A stretch of 64,000 nt of DNA. It comes from Paramecium tetraurelia. Its lineage: Eukaryota. The DNA lies in the NCBI GenBank assembly GCA_000165425.1, contig CT868096.1, forward strand, positions 186,001-250,000. Direction: 5' to 3'. The translations under genes and the position numbers were made by a program. Within the stretch, counting starts at the first letter, position 1; each line of letters begins with the position of its first letter. Below the pieces are notes generated by a model. It was not told where the DNA came from. It saw only the letters and a program-made list of their open reading frames with translations, and searched no databases. Positions 40,377 to 61,510 of this stretch are shown here, one piece after another.

Positions 40377-41820
40377 ATGGATGAATAAATAATGTGGGAA
40401 AAAACTGCGTATGATTTAGAGGAATTGGAGATTATTAAGATTTAGGATTATAGAAGCGACTAGAGAAAATCTAGAAATTAGAAATTACCTATTTTGTTAT
40501 CTATATTGAAAGAGATTAATAATTCATCAAACTTATTTGATTTAGCGATTCGTTATGATAAATATAAATCTAAGCTATAAACATCATCTTAAAAAGAAGA
40601 ACAATATAACGAAATAATGTGCTCAATTTCATTTTCATAAACTAAATCCAACATTAATCCTTATGTAAAAATGTATTATTCTATAAAAGTAAGATGCGCA
40701 AAGAAAACAAACTCAAATAGTTACTGATTAAAAAAATGGCTAATTTAAAAATATTATTAATCTATTAGAAGCAACAGAACTAAATATAAAATCAGATTTG
40801 AATAATATATAATAAGAAAATAAACATTTAAAAAAAAAAATAAGTACATATTTTGATAGTTTATGGACATCAACATCAAATAGAAATCCTCAAGTTAATG
40901 AACTTAATTACGGATTAAAAGATAGATAAGAACATTACTAAGAAATTCAACTATCTACTTTGCCTATCTTAGAAAAGGAGAGAAGCTAATTAGTATGTTA
41001 CAAAGAAAATCAAGAAAAATAAATTTAAAATCAAACTAGGGATCTAGAGAATTTTAATTCTACTCAAGAGAAGTACTAAGACTAATCAAATTATATTTCT
41101 GAACTTAAAAAAGGTTACGAACTACTAGAAGATTAAGTTGCCAGTATTAAGGAGAGAGTAGAAAAACTTAAGTAAGCCTAAGAAGTGATGCACTTAGAAA
41201 CAAAAATTGAACAATTTTGTAGTCAAATATTGGTTAGGCAAAATGAAGGGAGAAAGCAGATTTTAGAAAGCTTAAATGATTTTCTAGAGAAAGCCAAATT
41301 TCAATTAATGAGGAAGTATAAGGAAAAAACAGCAAAATCATTTTTATGCGAAGACATGATTGAATATGAAGAATAATCTTTAAGATAGGAAATGCAAGAA
41401 TTCTGTTTGAATAAGAACGAACAAGAGACTAAAACTAAGGCTTAACAAATAAAGCAAATATTTTCAGAGAAAATTGTATAATAAAAAATAAAATAATAAA
41501 GGCTAATTGAGGAAAATAAGGATTTATGTAAAAAAATTTAAATACTCAGCACTAATCAATTTTAAGAAAGGTGCAAAGATTTATAAGAGTAAAAAGAAAA
41601 ACTCTATGAAGAAAATAACTATAAAGAAAGCTAAATTCAAGAAATTTTGTAGATCAACCAAGCAGGGTAGCTAATGGTTGAGGATTTAGAAAAAAAAAAA
41701 TAAATAATAGAATAATAAAAATAATATTATCAATTATCTAAATTTGCTAGAATAAAAAGCAAACTAATGTCTTGAATGTAATCTATATAATTAACTATTT
41801 AAATAATATATAATTCATGA
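40377..41820 (+). CDS. Coiled-coil hypothetical protein
   Basis: E/K/Q-rich heptad ORF from MDEQIMWEKTAYDLEELE; includes track ORF 41185-41376. Confidence 0.6.
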
Positions 41821-42184
41821 TTTTGATTTATTCTTTGATAAATGAAAGGAAAATGGGAGATATATTGAATAGAATATGATAATATAATACTTAAAAATAT
41901 AAAATAATATTAATAATAAGAGTTTAATCAAAAAAAATATTCATATAGAAGAAACATTAAAGTTTAATTTTCTTATTCATAATGATCTATTTTTAATGAA
42001 GATTCGTTTTTCCTTATTTTCATTTTATAGATCTTACATCTAATATTTATACTAGTTATAAGAACTATCTCTTTTTTATACTTTTAGATTTATTATTAAA
42101 TGAGAAAGGAATGTCATATATAATGTTTATGGAAATTAGATTTCATTAATAACTATATATACATAAAATTATTATAAAATAAAA

Positions 42185-43994
42185 TCATGCTTAAATAGCA
42201 TTATATAATATCAGCTATTTGCCAAACCAAGTATTTTATTAAGTGTTTTTGCTGATCTTTTTCCGTTTCTGCTAAAATCATATCTAAATTCGCTCACAGT
42301 TCGATCAACTGACCTAATGCTTTTCTTGATTGAAGATTGGTTTAAGGTTGAAATTAGATCCTATCTAGGTTATTTAGAGACTGTTCGAGACCTTTGCTTT
42401 TTTTTTTCTGGAGTTAAAAAGAAACTGTTTAACATTTTTGATTGTGAAATAGGCTTAGATTTATTATTGTCAGTAAAGAGTTATTCTAAAATATGTATTT
42501 AATATAAACTTTACTCTTTAGTTTATTGAACAATGATTGATCTTTCATAATCTTTTAAAAGTCTATTTAGATTTCAGGATGGAGTTATTTGAAGGTCAAT
42601 TCTGATTAATTGTCCTCTTTCAAATTAAATTAATTTTTATCAATGCCAACAGATTTTAATAAAGCCAGGTAATCATCTTGCATATAGGTCTGCCATTAAC
42701 TTACTTTTGGAGTATCTTTATATAATAAATGTTATTATTTCAATTTTAATTTATTTTGGGCATTTCTAGCCATTTGTCTTAATTAGTATTTTCTATTGAA
42801 CATTTTTCTTGGATCTATTTCCTTTTCTTCCTCAGCACTATCAGTATCGATTCCATTATTATTATTACTAGAGCCATGTGGTTTGAGTAAAACTAATCTC
42901 TCCTCCTTGGCTCTTTTTTCATAACTCAATTAGAATGCATTGAAAAATTGAAAATCCCCTCTGTCATCTTAATTCCATTCAAAAATACCATCATTAATGA
43001 TTGTGTCATCAAGTATCTATGTAAAATAAGGATAATTACATCTAAAAACTAAACGATTTTAAAGGTAATATATCTTAGGTATTCAAAGGTACTTCTTTCT
43101 TTTAATTACCTAAGGAATTCATCTTCAATTGTCTGACTAATATACTCTGTTGATGCTGAGATAACTTCACCTCTGATAATGCGAGTCTCCATTGCACTTC
43201 TATCAAATAATTTATGATTCACATCTCTTTTTCTATTGAAGTGAATTCTATGAGTTAAAAATGCTCTCTATTTGATATAATTTTATATATAAAATATTTT
43301 GTGCCAAAATTTGTCCCCCTTTCTTTTAGACATCAATAAAAAAAACTCAGATTCAGTCATTATTTGTGCTGAATCATCGTCAAACTTTACTAAAACAGCT
43401 TCCTTACTTTTTTCACTAATATTATTTATTTATTCTTTATTTACATTACCTTTAATATATAATCATTACATACTCAAAGCTGACTATTATTTTTCATTCA
43501 GTTGGATCAAATCTAATTACATATTAGTATTTGCAATTTTCTTCCTTCTGTTATTCAAGTATTGCATTAATTTTTATAATGATCCTTTCCATTATTGAAC
43601 TCTCAATTAGTATGGCCTATCTATACCATCTTTGATACTCTATAAAATAGATTAAGGCTCTCCTTTCTCAAAATACACAGTGTCTTAAATCTAAATGTTT
43701 AAAGTTCTGCCAAAGGATTCTTAAACCAAACGAGTCACAATAAAAATAAAGTCTCTATCATTTGACATTTACTTCCCTTTAACTTATTATGGTTCATCTA
43801 ATGGTTTGGGTATTCTGCATTATTGTATTGCGTTACTTTTTCTTCAACGATGATATGCATAAATTGCATTAGCAAGTGTACTTGTCATCTACACTATACG
43901 AAACAAAGTGTTCGTTATTTCTTCTCATTATTTGTGGACTTTTATCGCTTTTATCAGTTTCTATACTTAAATTTTTCATAATTTTCATTTACAT
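42185..43994 (-). CDS. Hypothetical protein
   Basis: Long code-6 reading (..DDKYTCQCNLC..IQDTVYFEKGEPQ..) with introns; ends approximate. Confidence 0.55.
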
Positions 43995-44892
43995 AGAGAA
44001 TTGTTAATAAAATAAAAAAATTATTATTGAATAAACAGATTTTGTTAGTTAACACTTCAAATTTGTTTTATTTTGATGACAATTTAAATCAAATACCTTT
44101 CATTATAACGTTAATTTACAAGATTGTATTAATAGTAGACTAAGAGAGATGAAAGGAAAGTGTTAGCTTTAATTATTCTTGTCTAAATTTAAAACTACAT
44201 TATTTAATGATGCTTAAAATAAAAATTATTCAATTAATTTCTTAATGATATTCAAACAAATAATTTATAAATTCTAAACTCAGTGATAATTCCACAATTT
44301 TTAACTCAATCATAAATTTAAATACAATAGACTTAAAATGATGTTCCATAAATAAAATTATCCTTATATTTGCTGTTTAGATATAGACCTAGAATTGATA
44401 TTTAAATTCAACAAGATCTTAGAGTGTAGAATATCAGATTCGCTTAATTTAGAAGATATGAATTAAGGTTGAGTGAGATTTATGCAACAATAAACTTATA
44501 TTAACCCTTAAATATTAAACTGTAATAATTAAATTAAAGAATATTCATAATGCTGGAAAGAAAAAATAATGATGATCATCTAAAATATAAATCTTTAGCA
44601 AATTTTTTTATAAAATAATTTAAATTATGTTAAATTATTCATGCAGCTATTTTTTTATCATTATCTTGTTAATTTCTAGAATATAAGATAATTAGCTATA
44701 AATTAATTATTATGGAACTTAATATTTTATTTCTAATTTAATATGGAATAATTCTCAATAACTTCTTAACTTAATACTAGGATCATATTAGTATTAATTA
44801 TTCCTTTCTAATATGAAGCTATCCTGTTATATTATTTCTCAAAACTTATCATTTTTAAAACTAATTTATATACTATTTAATTTTTAATTTAG

Positions 44893-47442
<2,550 letters not shown>

Positions 47443-47503
47443 TTTTCTTATATATTTATTTGTTAATTTTTCATAGTATGAAATAAATATATAACTAAAT
47501 TAA

Positions 47504-48785
47504 TCAAGCCATAGCTGAGGCTCTTCCTGTTTTATATCCTTTATTGATATTATTTTAATCAAACCTACTCTACAACAACTACGATTATTTTTATTTTAAT
47601 TAAGTCAAATCTATTTTCGACGTTTCTTAATTAGTGCTCATTACTCTTCTCTTTCTTTTCGCTTGTTGATTTGAAGGATTATTAGGAGACTTGGATTTTT
47701 GCTTAGTGAGAGTTTTTTGATCTAGGTTTAACTTTCTCATTAGACATTCTAATATAATATTAGTGGCCTTTAATTTATTGCTGTTATTCTGACAAGGCTT
47801 TAGTAATTGCATAATTTAAGGTTTTATAGATCTTTGAGTTGTAGGTCTTGGAGATATAGATTATTTTGTATTATTGATATTCCTTTAAGTAAGTGGAATC
47901 TATTGAACCTGTAATTTGCAGATTTTTTCCGTGCTGTAAACCTTTGGTTGTGAAACTTCTCTTTAAGTTTAAATGGCTGAATTTTTTAAAGGTTTTTTTC
48001 TTTAGAAAAGTTCATTAAAGTTTTCTTTGAATTCTAGTCTAGAATTAGTATCAGATTTATGATCCTATTTTGATTTATTATAGTAATCAGAATCCTTTCT
48101 TTAGAGAGGTAGATTGTATTTACGAGAATCGAACTCTCTTAGAGTGTTTTTTGAAGTGTTTATGGCTTCTTTTAAATTCTTTTATATCTCGATCAATGTG
48201 TTAGATTATTCTTGTTTAGTGAAATTTAACTAACCCAAAAGATTTTGCAATGACTAAGTTAATGTGAATATTCAATTAATACAGTTTAGATAGAATTTTA
48301 TGTTGCTGTTGGTTATTCAACATGTCCTCCTAGCATCCTAGATATTCTGATGTATTCTATTCTGCGACGTTTATCATGATATTTAGATAATGTAGTAGCT
48401 ATAGGCAACATGAACAGGCGTGCAATATCTCGATGAAACTATTCAGTATAGTTTTGAAAGTAATTACTTTATAATATTCGGTTAATACAATGGTTTTTTG
48501 TCTTGTATCATTTGTAGAGTAGAATCTTTTTAAATATTCATTGGAATCGTAATATGTCCATTCTTTATAAGTGGTGTATTGTTTCGATCGTTATTGCAAA
48601 AGTATTATATTGATATCCTTTTGATAGTAATAGTTCTGGCTGGCTGAGTATTTGATGTATAGAGCTCTTGTGATGAGAGAACAAAATTTCTGAGATTATT
48701 GGCAGAAAAGACAGTCCTAGGTGTGTAGCAGATCCAAAGTACTAGCAGTTGATCCTCCATATTGGGTTCGTTTGGATTTATACAT
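47504..48785 (-). CDS. Uncharacterised family protein; paralog of 14024-15257
   Basis: DCLFC..LITRALYIKYSASQNYYYQKDINIIL..NEYLKRFY..LTEYYK[intron]FHRDIARLF. Confidence 0.75.
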
Positions 48786-48908
48786 TTTAAATTAATGAAT
48801 AAAATATAATTCCACTCTTTGCAGGTAATACCTACAAAAATTGAATTCACCATATTCAAGCCACAATTGAATTATATTGTAAAATAGGTTCATCGTTTAA
48901 AATGTGTC

Positions 48909-52826
<3,918 letters not shown>

Positions 52827-53050
52827 TTAAACTCTTATTATTAATTATGTTATATTTTAAGTATAATATATCATTTACAATTATATCATATAAATATAAA
52901 CTAATCATATTCCCTACGAATCTATCATTTTATAACCAAGATGAAGTTATTCTTATATAAACTTTAAATATCTTAATAGTTATGTATTTTAATTCAAAAT
53001 CATCAAAATATATATAACATTTATTAAAAATAAAATATAATATTTAAAGT

Positions 53051-53621
53051 ATGAATAAAGATTAAAAACCTTAAAAACCATTACCTAAATCAGACATGGA
53101 AGTTCTAAAATAATACCATCAATTTGTTAGAGATGACGAAGAAGATATTGATCCAAAGTTAAGTACAAACGATGACTATGGCAGGATGATCGCAAGAAAA
53201 TATTATGATAAGCTCTATAAGGAATACGCTATCATAGATTTATCACAGTATAAAACTGGAAAGTAAATAAACATAATAATTATTAGGATTGGGATGAGAT
53301 GGAGGACTGAACCAGAAGTATTGAGTGGCAAGGGAGAAACAATTTGTGGGAACAAAGTTTGCACCAAAGACAAAGAATTAAGCACTTGGGAATTGAATTT
53401 CTAATATAAAGAAAATTAAGAAGTAAAGAATACCTTAGTCAAAGTGAAGTGTTGTAATAGTTGCAGTCAATAATTGAATTACAAAGTATTTAATTATTTG
53501 TGTGCTTTTTAAATAGAAACTTCACAAATAGGTAAAAGAGTACACAGAGGAGGAGATCAGGCATTTGTTGGCGAAGTTAGAGGAGAAAAAGAAGAAACTA
53601 AAACAAGAAGAAGATTCTTGA
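53051..53621 (+). CDS. FRA10AC1: FRA10AC1 homolog (spliceosome-associated)
   Basis: HQFVRDDEED..ARKYYDKLYKEYAIIDLSQYKTGK[intron]IGMRWRTEPEVLSGKGETICGNKVC..WELNFQYKE..KNTLVKVKCCNSCSQQLNY. Confidence 0.93.
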
Positions 53622-53646
53622 TATTAAAATTATTAATTAAATTATT

Positions 53647-54900
53647 ATGCAATCTAATTACAAAATTGAAGGTCGTAAGAGCCCAAAAACGATCGTAGGA
53701 CTATAGTAGAAAATCAACCAATATTTTTCCAACAAAATCCAAGAAAAATAAATTGTAGCTGATATAATATCTCGGCCATAGTTAGAAGAAATAATTCCAT
53801 GTAGTATAAAAGTGAATATCAGTTAGTGAAATCTTGAATTAAAAAAGGATGAAATACTCTAATGCTCATAATCCCTTACATTAAAAATAACTATACAATA
53901 CTGAAAAGACAGAAAAAAACAAATAAATTAAATATCATACATCTAGATCAAACACTTCAAATTAGTGTAATAGGGACCAAAAATCTCAAAAGGCAAACAA
54001 AAAGAATGAATGTTGCTCATGTTTCTGTTTTGGTTGTAGCAAAAGAAATTCTACAAGGATTAAAAAACCAAGAACGCCTCAAGTGAAGGGGGAACAATAT
54101 TATGTCAATTATACTAATAAAACGAGTGAATCAAATTAAGCCATAAGTACTCCTATTTCCTTATTTAGAATAATATTCTATTGCAAAATCCCAATCTAGA
54201 TGTGTTTAACATCAAATAAGGCATCATTAAAGTGAATAGAGAAAATAAAATATACATCCTAATTGTTGTAAGATTAATCATCTGGCCAATCCAAAACTCT
54301 CATAAGCTATATCACAATATTCTGAATCTGCAAAACAATATTATACACAAAGGGAATATATTTAAATTTAAAAACAATTGTAAAATTATTGTGATGCCAA
54401 GAAGCGCTACTCTTCAACAAAAGAATAAAAGCAAAAAGAAGCACTAAAAACGCATATATAAAAAGTATTTATGTTTATAATCAAAGAAGATTGAAGAGGG
54501 TAAATTTGGACAACCCAGAGTCTAAAAGTTATGTTAATTTTATAAAGATATAACTAAAAAATAAATGATTAAATTTAGAAGCTCTTCTAATTAAAATAAA
54601 ATTTATGTTTAATAAGAATAAAAACATATGAATTACAAAACAATTGAAAAGGGAAAGCAAATAACAAAACTTGGCTAATCAGAAAAGGATAAGAAAAAAT
54701 TCAAATAAGTACTAGACATATTTAAAAAGAATAAAATGCAAAACAATATTATCAAAAACAATAATGATATTTTATAGAATAACCCTGAACAAAATTAAAT
54801 TGAAAAAAAAGTATCTTGCTAACAAATAAAGTTTGAATCTAAACAAAAAGAAAAAACCTTCTAAAATAATGAACCATATCAACTTGTTGAGTTAAAATGA
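53647..54900 (+). CDS. Hypothetical low-complexity protein with small Cys clusters
   Basis: MQSNYKIEGRKSPK..ECCSCFCFGCSKR..QLVELK*. Confidence 0.55.
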
Positions 54901-54971
54901 TATTTCAAGTGTCTGTATTACTGTTAGATAAAATTTTAATATTTTGCATAAATATACATTAAATTAAATAA

Positions 54972-57766
54972 ATGTTATTATTAATTGTGAGTGTGGCTGG
55001 AATTATTTTTAATAATGTTCTTGCTTTACAATAATAACAAGCAGGAGTACACGATTGGAATAAGAGACTCTTTGGTGAGTTAAAATACATTCAAGTCTAA
55101 GATTAAACAATATTTTACTAAAACACGAACAATCAAAATGGAATTATTGATAAATCTACAGGTTTTCTGAATTCTCATAAATTTAGGCTAAGTCAAATCA
55201 AGAAACACTTATACTATGTGTGATTCTTATAATTATGTCACCTATGAACCAAACTAATAGATAATACAATTATTTAATGAAGGATATTCAGTGTTAGCCG
55301 AATAAGAAATTAGTGGCAATATTGACCATTGCTTAATAGGATTAAATGGAGAATTTATAATTATTTATGGATAAACTATCTTCTCTACCTTTAATAACAA
55401 ATTCAATGAGAAGTATTTATCTATGAGATGATTTAGGGTTGATCACTAAATAATACATGCAGGATATATTTTTGATGTTCCAGTGGTCCTTTTACAAAAG
55501 TAAAATGAAATTTGCATTTATCAAATCAGAGAATCAATAACATAAAGCTACTGTGTAGAAAGTTTGAATAATGGTAAAATTCATGAATTTGGCAACACCC
55601 TCATTTATTAAGATGCTAAGTTTGCATATCAACTAAAAGAAAAATCAGCAAAGCTTTTAAACTTTGAAATTATAAAGAAGGTAGATAAATTCGTTGGTTT
55701 TTCATAAACCTTGGTAATTACTGAAAAATCAAAGAAACAAATAGTGAATTTGGATGGATAAGTTGAATATGAATTAAGTTAAGATGAATTTGTTATATAG
55801 AATCTTGAGAATCAAAAATATTACTATATCTTAAAATAGAAAAATAATGAATTGAAGATTGTTTCATATGACAGAGATACAAAATAAACTCATTCAGAAG
55901 TAATTGAATTATAAACAAATTCACTTATATTGAATGCTTTTTTGATAGATTAAAATAAAAGATAATTCTTAATTTAGTATTAGGATTTATAAACAGTTTT
56001 AGTTGATAATAAAGGAATTAGATGGACTACTGAGTAATCCTTAATTAGTATTGACACAGTTTTTTATGAAAAATATGAGAATTAAGAATAGACACATAAA
56101 AACTCATATTATGAATCACTTGAGAAACACGGAACTAGCAATCCTTTATATTTAATATAAAATGTTATCTCAAGAGTTTTGAATGAAGTAAAAGATTTAT
56201 AAGAAGTTGTAACTCACTTTATTGATAATTTGGGCAAGGAAAAAGTATAAACAAGAGAAATGGAATAAACATATGGATTGAAATAGAAGGTATACTTCTT
56301 GACTACTTATGGAACCTTATTATGCTATGATACTTAAGAATTATCTTTGCTAATTAAATTACAAATAAATAACTAAGATAACAGCTTTAGATTGGTTGCA
56401 CACCATTAGATAGAGTAATATATTTTATTATAATATAGTTCCAATTTAATCACTCACTTCGATAACAATGATGCACAACCAACTCATGTGTTATTTTACT
56501 ATTCAAAAGAGAAATCAAGATTAAATACATTTATATTAGACTTATAACATGGAATAATCTAATAAGTGGCCTCACAATCCTCAAAGAACATAGTATGGAC
56601 ACTTCCATACAGAGTTGAAGGTGGTCCTGGATAACATCACAACATTGTTATTCTAATAGATGAAGAAAACAATATATTCACATATCCCAAAAATGATTCC
56701 ATTAACACAAAAGAGATTATCTTGTATAGAAATGACAATGGTGTCTTAAGAGGATATAAACTATTCAATAATGAATTAGTCAATTTATGGACAATTAATA
56801 TGAAAGATGAAATTTTAATAATCAGATCCTCTTATCATGTAGGAGAAGAAAACCCAAGGGTTGCTATTTGGGATGATAGAAAAGTCATATATAAATTGAT
56901 TGATCACTCTAACTTTGCAATATTAACCTCAGATGGTGACAAACTTAAATTGCTTATTATCAATGCCAAGTCAGGCAAAATAATATATTAAAGTGTTTAA
57001 AGTGAGGCTGATTTTAATTAACCAATCAATTTAGTATTTGATGAACACCAAGTTTTTGTTACTTATTATAACAAAGCATAAATGATGTTTGAAATCTGGA
57101 CTGTTGAGATCTATCATGCAAAAATTGAAGTTTCATTTATTAAAATGTTGGAAAACTATTATTTCACCAAAACACCAATTATAACAAACTATTATAAAGC
57201 TGACTTTGAAGCATTTTTCTTATAATAAGTTTATGGATATCCTTTAGGAATCAAATATCTTGGAATGTCAAGAACTCAGAAATCATTAACAAAAAAAAAT
57301 TTATTGATCATAACTACTTCTGGATAATTGCATTCTTTGGACAGAAATTTAGTTTCTACCAGAAGAAGGGAAAAGGCAGATCAACCAATTTTAGAATACT
57401 CATTGTAATCAGCAGAACTTCCTCCCTATTAATATTAATTACCCATCAACTTCTTAAATATGCTTTCATATCATTAAACAGTATTTTTACTATTAATTTT
57501 AGTTTGATATTGAGAAATTTTCAATTGAATCCACAAATTTAGAATCGTCAGCATTATTATTGGTATATGGTTCTGATATTTTCTTTACAAGAATAGCTCC
57601 AGACAAAGTATGATATAATTGTAATTTTTAGACTTATGATATGTTGTTGGATAATTTCAACTACAATGCCCTTATAGTAACTACAGTTTTGATAGTCGTT
57701 GCCACAAAAGTGTTATCAAAATTAGTGAAATCAAGTAAATAGGTTAAATAATTTTATCTAAATTGA
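54972..57766 (+). CDS. EMC1: ER membrane protein complex subunit 1
   Basis: Signal peptide then ALQQQQAGVHDWNKRLFG; C-terminal STNLESSALLLVYGSDIFFTRIAPDK[intron]TYDMLLDNFNYNAL plus a TM helix. Confidence 0.92.
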
Positions 57767-57956
57767 AATATTGTATAATATTTTCATTAGTAAATATATG
57801 TATATATAAGTTATTAATAAATCATAATCATTTGGAATTGGCCTTCACCTTTAGTAAATATTTCATGTATTGAACTAAAGAGTTATAATAAATCCCATCT
57901 GTAGGAAATAACATTAGATTAATACTGGTTTAATAATATATTTATTTATAATTATA

Positions 57957-58469
57957 ATGGGCAGAAAGAAAATTCCAATAGCTAAAATTGAAGACAGACA
58001 ATAAAGAAATGTAAGTTCTTAAACGTAGAATAGATTACTTTTCATAAAAGAAAGATAGGATTGCTGAAGAAGGCATACGAGTTGGCTTCTTTGTGTGGTG
58101 TGTAGATTTATATGGCATTCAATGATTTATGTATGAAATGAGCTATTTTTCATTATTTTAGAGGGAAATGCCATTCATTTTAGAACTGAAGAGTTGAATT
58201 AGATAGAAAACAACGATAAGAAGAAGTATTTATTGACTCCAAAGGATGTACATAATTCATTTCTACACCAGTACCCAAAATTCATTACTCGATCAAAGAC
58301 TAAAGTTAATGCTCAGCTTAAAGATTTGCCTATCACTCCGTTGAAATTAATCACAGACATAATGATAAGCGAGGAGCCATTATACTCTCGATATTCAGTT
58401 CTAAGTAGACAATTTTTCCCAATTCCTCAGCCGAAAAGCAATAAACCTAAAAATGAAAATAACACATGA
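57957..58469 (+). CDS. MADS-box transcription factor (MEF2/type II-like)
   Basis: MGRKKIPIAKIEDRQQRN[intron]ITFHKRKIGLLKKAYELASLCGVQIYM. Confidence 0.93.
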
Positions 58470-58498
58470 ATAATAACTATTTAATTTGAATTATAATA

Positions 58499-59375
58499 AT
58501 GAATCGAACATAATGCAAATGCGATGAGAATCTCAAGAAGGACTTTGAAAACTGTTCTCAATCTTTGGAATGGCTGAAGATCCATTATGACATTAAAAAA
58601 TTAGATAATATGCGAAACGATTACTAATAATTATGTAAAATAGAGATTGCCGATTAATAGTAATGGATAACTAAACAACGTAAGTAAATAGAAAGGGACT
58701 TGATGAGAACATTTCCGAATGAACCATTCTTTTAATAAAAGCAAGGAAAGGAGGCTTTGCAAAGATTACTCTATACTATTGCAATTTATGACATGGGTGT
58801 TGGATATGTGCAGGGAATGAATTTCTTGGCAGGCGCTCTCCTATATCATAGCGAAGAATGCGTAGCCTTCTGGAATTATGTGACATTATATGAGCGATTA
58901 TAGTTGAGAGACATTTATTTGGAGAGTAGTCTATAATCATAAGATAGACCTTCCTGGGTTATCAAAGCACATATAAATAGTGTAATTGTTATGTATGAGC
59001 CAACAAAGAAAACTCTATGATTTGTTTCTGAAAAACAATGTTTAATTTGAAAATTTTTGCATACCTTGGTTTTTGTCAATGTTAGCCATGGTAATACCAA
59101 TAAGATCTTATGTAAGAAATTAATCCAATTAGAATTTAGTTATGAAACCTATGATTTTAAGTAGATGGATATTCATTTATAAGTTGATTCTCTCCTATTT
59201 ATAAAATTGTGAATTAAGTTGTGAGGGGCCTGAATTATTGATGGAGTTGACAAGTCAAACCCATAAATGGAATCAATGCATACCTTTAGCTCACAATTTG
59301 AATTTAGACAAAAAATTTATAGATTTAATGTTAGAGTCATTTGATTAGGATAAATAAACATTTTTAATTAAGTGA
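58499..59375 (+). CDS. TBC-domain Rab GTPase-activating protein
   Basis: IERDLMRTFP (Arg finger), VGYVQGMNFLAGALL (Gln finger), EECVAFW, DLPGL. Confidence 0.92.
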
Positions 59376-59929
59376 TTTTATAGAATTACAGTACTATCTA
59401 CCTTCCTTTAATATTAATAATGTAAGATTTCTTTTTCGGTAGTGATTTTGTTTTAAGATAAGATAGAAATAATAAAGATTAAATCATATTAACCAGAATT
59501 AATAATAAGATTATCAAAAATATTCCAACAAATTATTAAGCTTAAGTAATTATAATTTCAGTCTATATTTTATTTAATGTTTTTAAGATAGTACTTCAAT
59601 GTTTTCGTTTATCAATGTATTACATTCAGAATGCTTCCCAGAAATATACAGCTAAATTCTAAGTCTTAACCTACCAAAAGCAATAATCATTTAAAAAATT
59701 GGTCTTTAATTTATTATTAAAATTCTTTTTAACAACTGACAGTTTATAAATTTATAAATATAAATTGAAAATAATATTTCCAAGTTAAACAACATTATCA
59801 TTAAATCGAATTAGAATATGATTGAATCATAGGTTATACGGTATTTCGATGTTAAACTAGTGCTTTCTTTTTATTGATATGCATTTAAATAGTATATACA
59901 TTATAATTGAAAATTAAAATTAAGTATTA

Positions 59930-61487
59930 ATGTAAAGTGAATAATTGAGTGAACAAAAACTGTATGCCTGGGGCAGTTCTGAATGCGATCAATTTTTGGC
60001 AAAAGACGAAGATGACGAAGAATTATATGAGGTTAAGAGACCATATCACTTAAAAGAATTGAGCAATTTATCTATAGTATAAGTAGCATGTGGAGGGATG
60101 CACGCTCTAATTTTAACATCACAAGGAAAAGTAATTACTTAGATTATTCATTCAGGTGTATTCGTTTGGCTGTGACGATAAAGGAGTTTTGGGAAGACCC
60201 TAAGTGGAAGGCCAGGATGCAAGGTTACCTGACTTAATCACAGATTTACCTCCTGTGGATATGATAGCTTGTGGAAGTTCTCATTCGATAGCAGCCAATT
60301 CCTATGGTTTAGTGTACTTCTGGGGATTTTATGCGAATACTCATGGTCCAATAGGTGATGCAGTATCGAGACCTAAAAAAGTGGATAATATTACAAATGG
60401 AATCAAGAAAATACTATGCGGTTAGAACCATACTATGGTATTGCTAGATAATTTTAAAGTAAGTAATTAGAATGAATAAACTAGTTACTTACTTGGGGAG
60501 ATGCGGAAACCTTAGTAATAGGAAGGAAAAGTGAGACCAGGAGATCTGTGATTTAAAATTTAAATCCTCAGCCTATAAAGATGAAGAGACCAATAATAGA
60601 TATATTTACAGGGGCTTCACATGCTTTTGTAAAGGTATTGTTAAAGGATAACAAGCCAGGTATATATGGATGGGGACTTAACAATTATGGGCAATTGGGT
60701 ATAGGGAATCAAGAAAATTAATAACTCCCTTGTTTAATCGAGTATTTTGAGAATATGGATATTGTGGATATGGTTGGTGGAGAACATCATACGATCGCAT
60801 TAGATTTTAAAGGAAATGTTTACTCTTTTGGAAGAAATGATGATGGATAATTAGGTTTAGGAGAGTAATTGAATGAAAATTTAAGGATTGAGGCAGAGAA
60901 GCAAAGAGTATTAGAGGAAGAACTGTATTAGTAATAGCAGGTGAATAGAAAAAAAACAAGTAAAAAGAACAAATAAGGAGATTTATTTGAAGTCTAAAAA
61001 TCTTAGAAGGTTATTGGATATGAATTCATTACTACTCCTTAGATGATTGGTAATATACCAAAGATGCAATCTATTTTTGCTTCGATGCATTATAATTATG
61101 CTATTTCTCAATAGAAGTAAATATTTTCTTGGGGGAATGGTTAGAGTTATGTGTTAGGAACTAGAAATGAAAATAGTCAATATTAGCCAAAAGAGGTACT
61201 AGTATATTGTTATGAATTAGGTAACAGCAATCTTTAAAAATGAAAAACTATTATAAATTTCCCTTGGTGCAAGTCATGTAATTGCGTTGACTTCACCTGA
61301 TCAAACTTTTCAACTTTCAATGGTGGATCAATAACTTATATAAATTAATTTCCCGAAATCAAAATTGAAAAAAGGTCAGAAAAGTAACAGTAGAGAAATG
61401 AGCAGAGAGAAGAGTATCTCAATGAAAAGGAGTGTTTAGAAATTTGATGATAGCTTAATTCCTGTAAAAGATTTAAGAATTGATTGA
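59930..61487 (+). CDS. RCC1: RCC1-family protein, probable Ran GEF
   Basis: LYAWGSSECDQF, VACGGMHALIL, VYSFGCDDKGVLGR, IACGSSHS, IYGWGLNNYGQLG, GGEHHTIAL, WGNGQSYVLG; basic C-terminal tail. Confidence 0.85.
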
Positions 61488-61510
61488 CATATATATTATT
61501 ATCAATTGTA

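Noticed and set aside
48605..48859. Track ORF MNMVNSIFVG.. and similar short antisense ORFs (e.g. 26174-26470, 62449-62899, 63469-63762)
   Set aside because: Wrong frame or opposite strand of longer code-6 genes.
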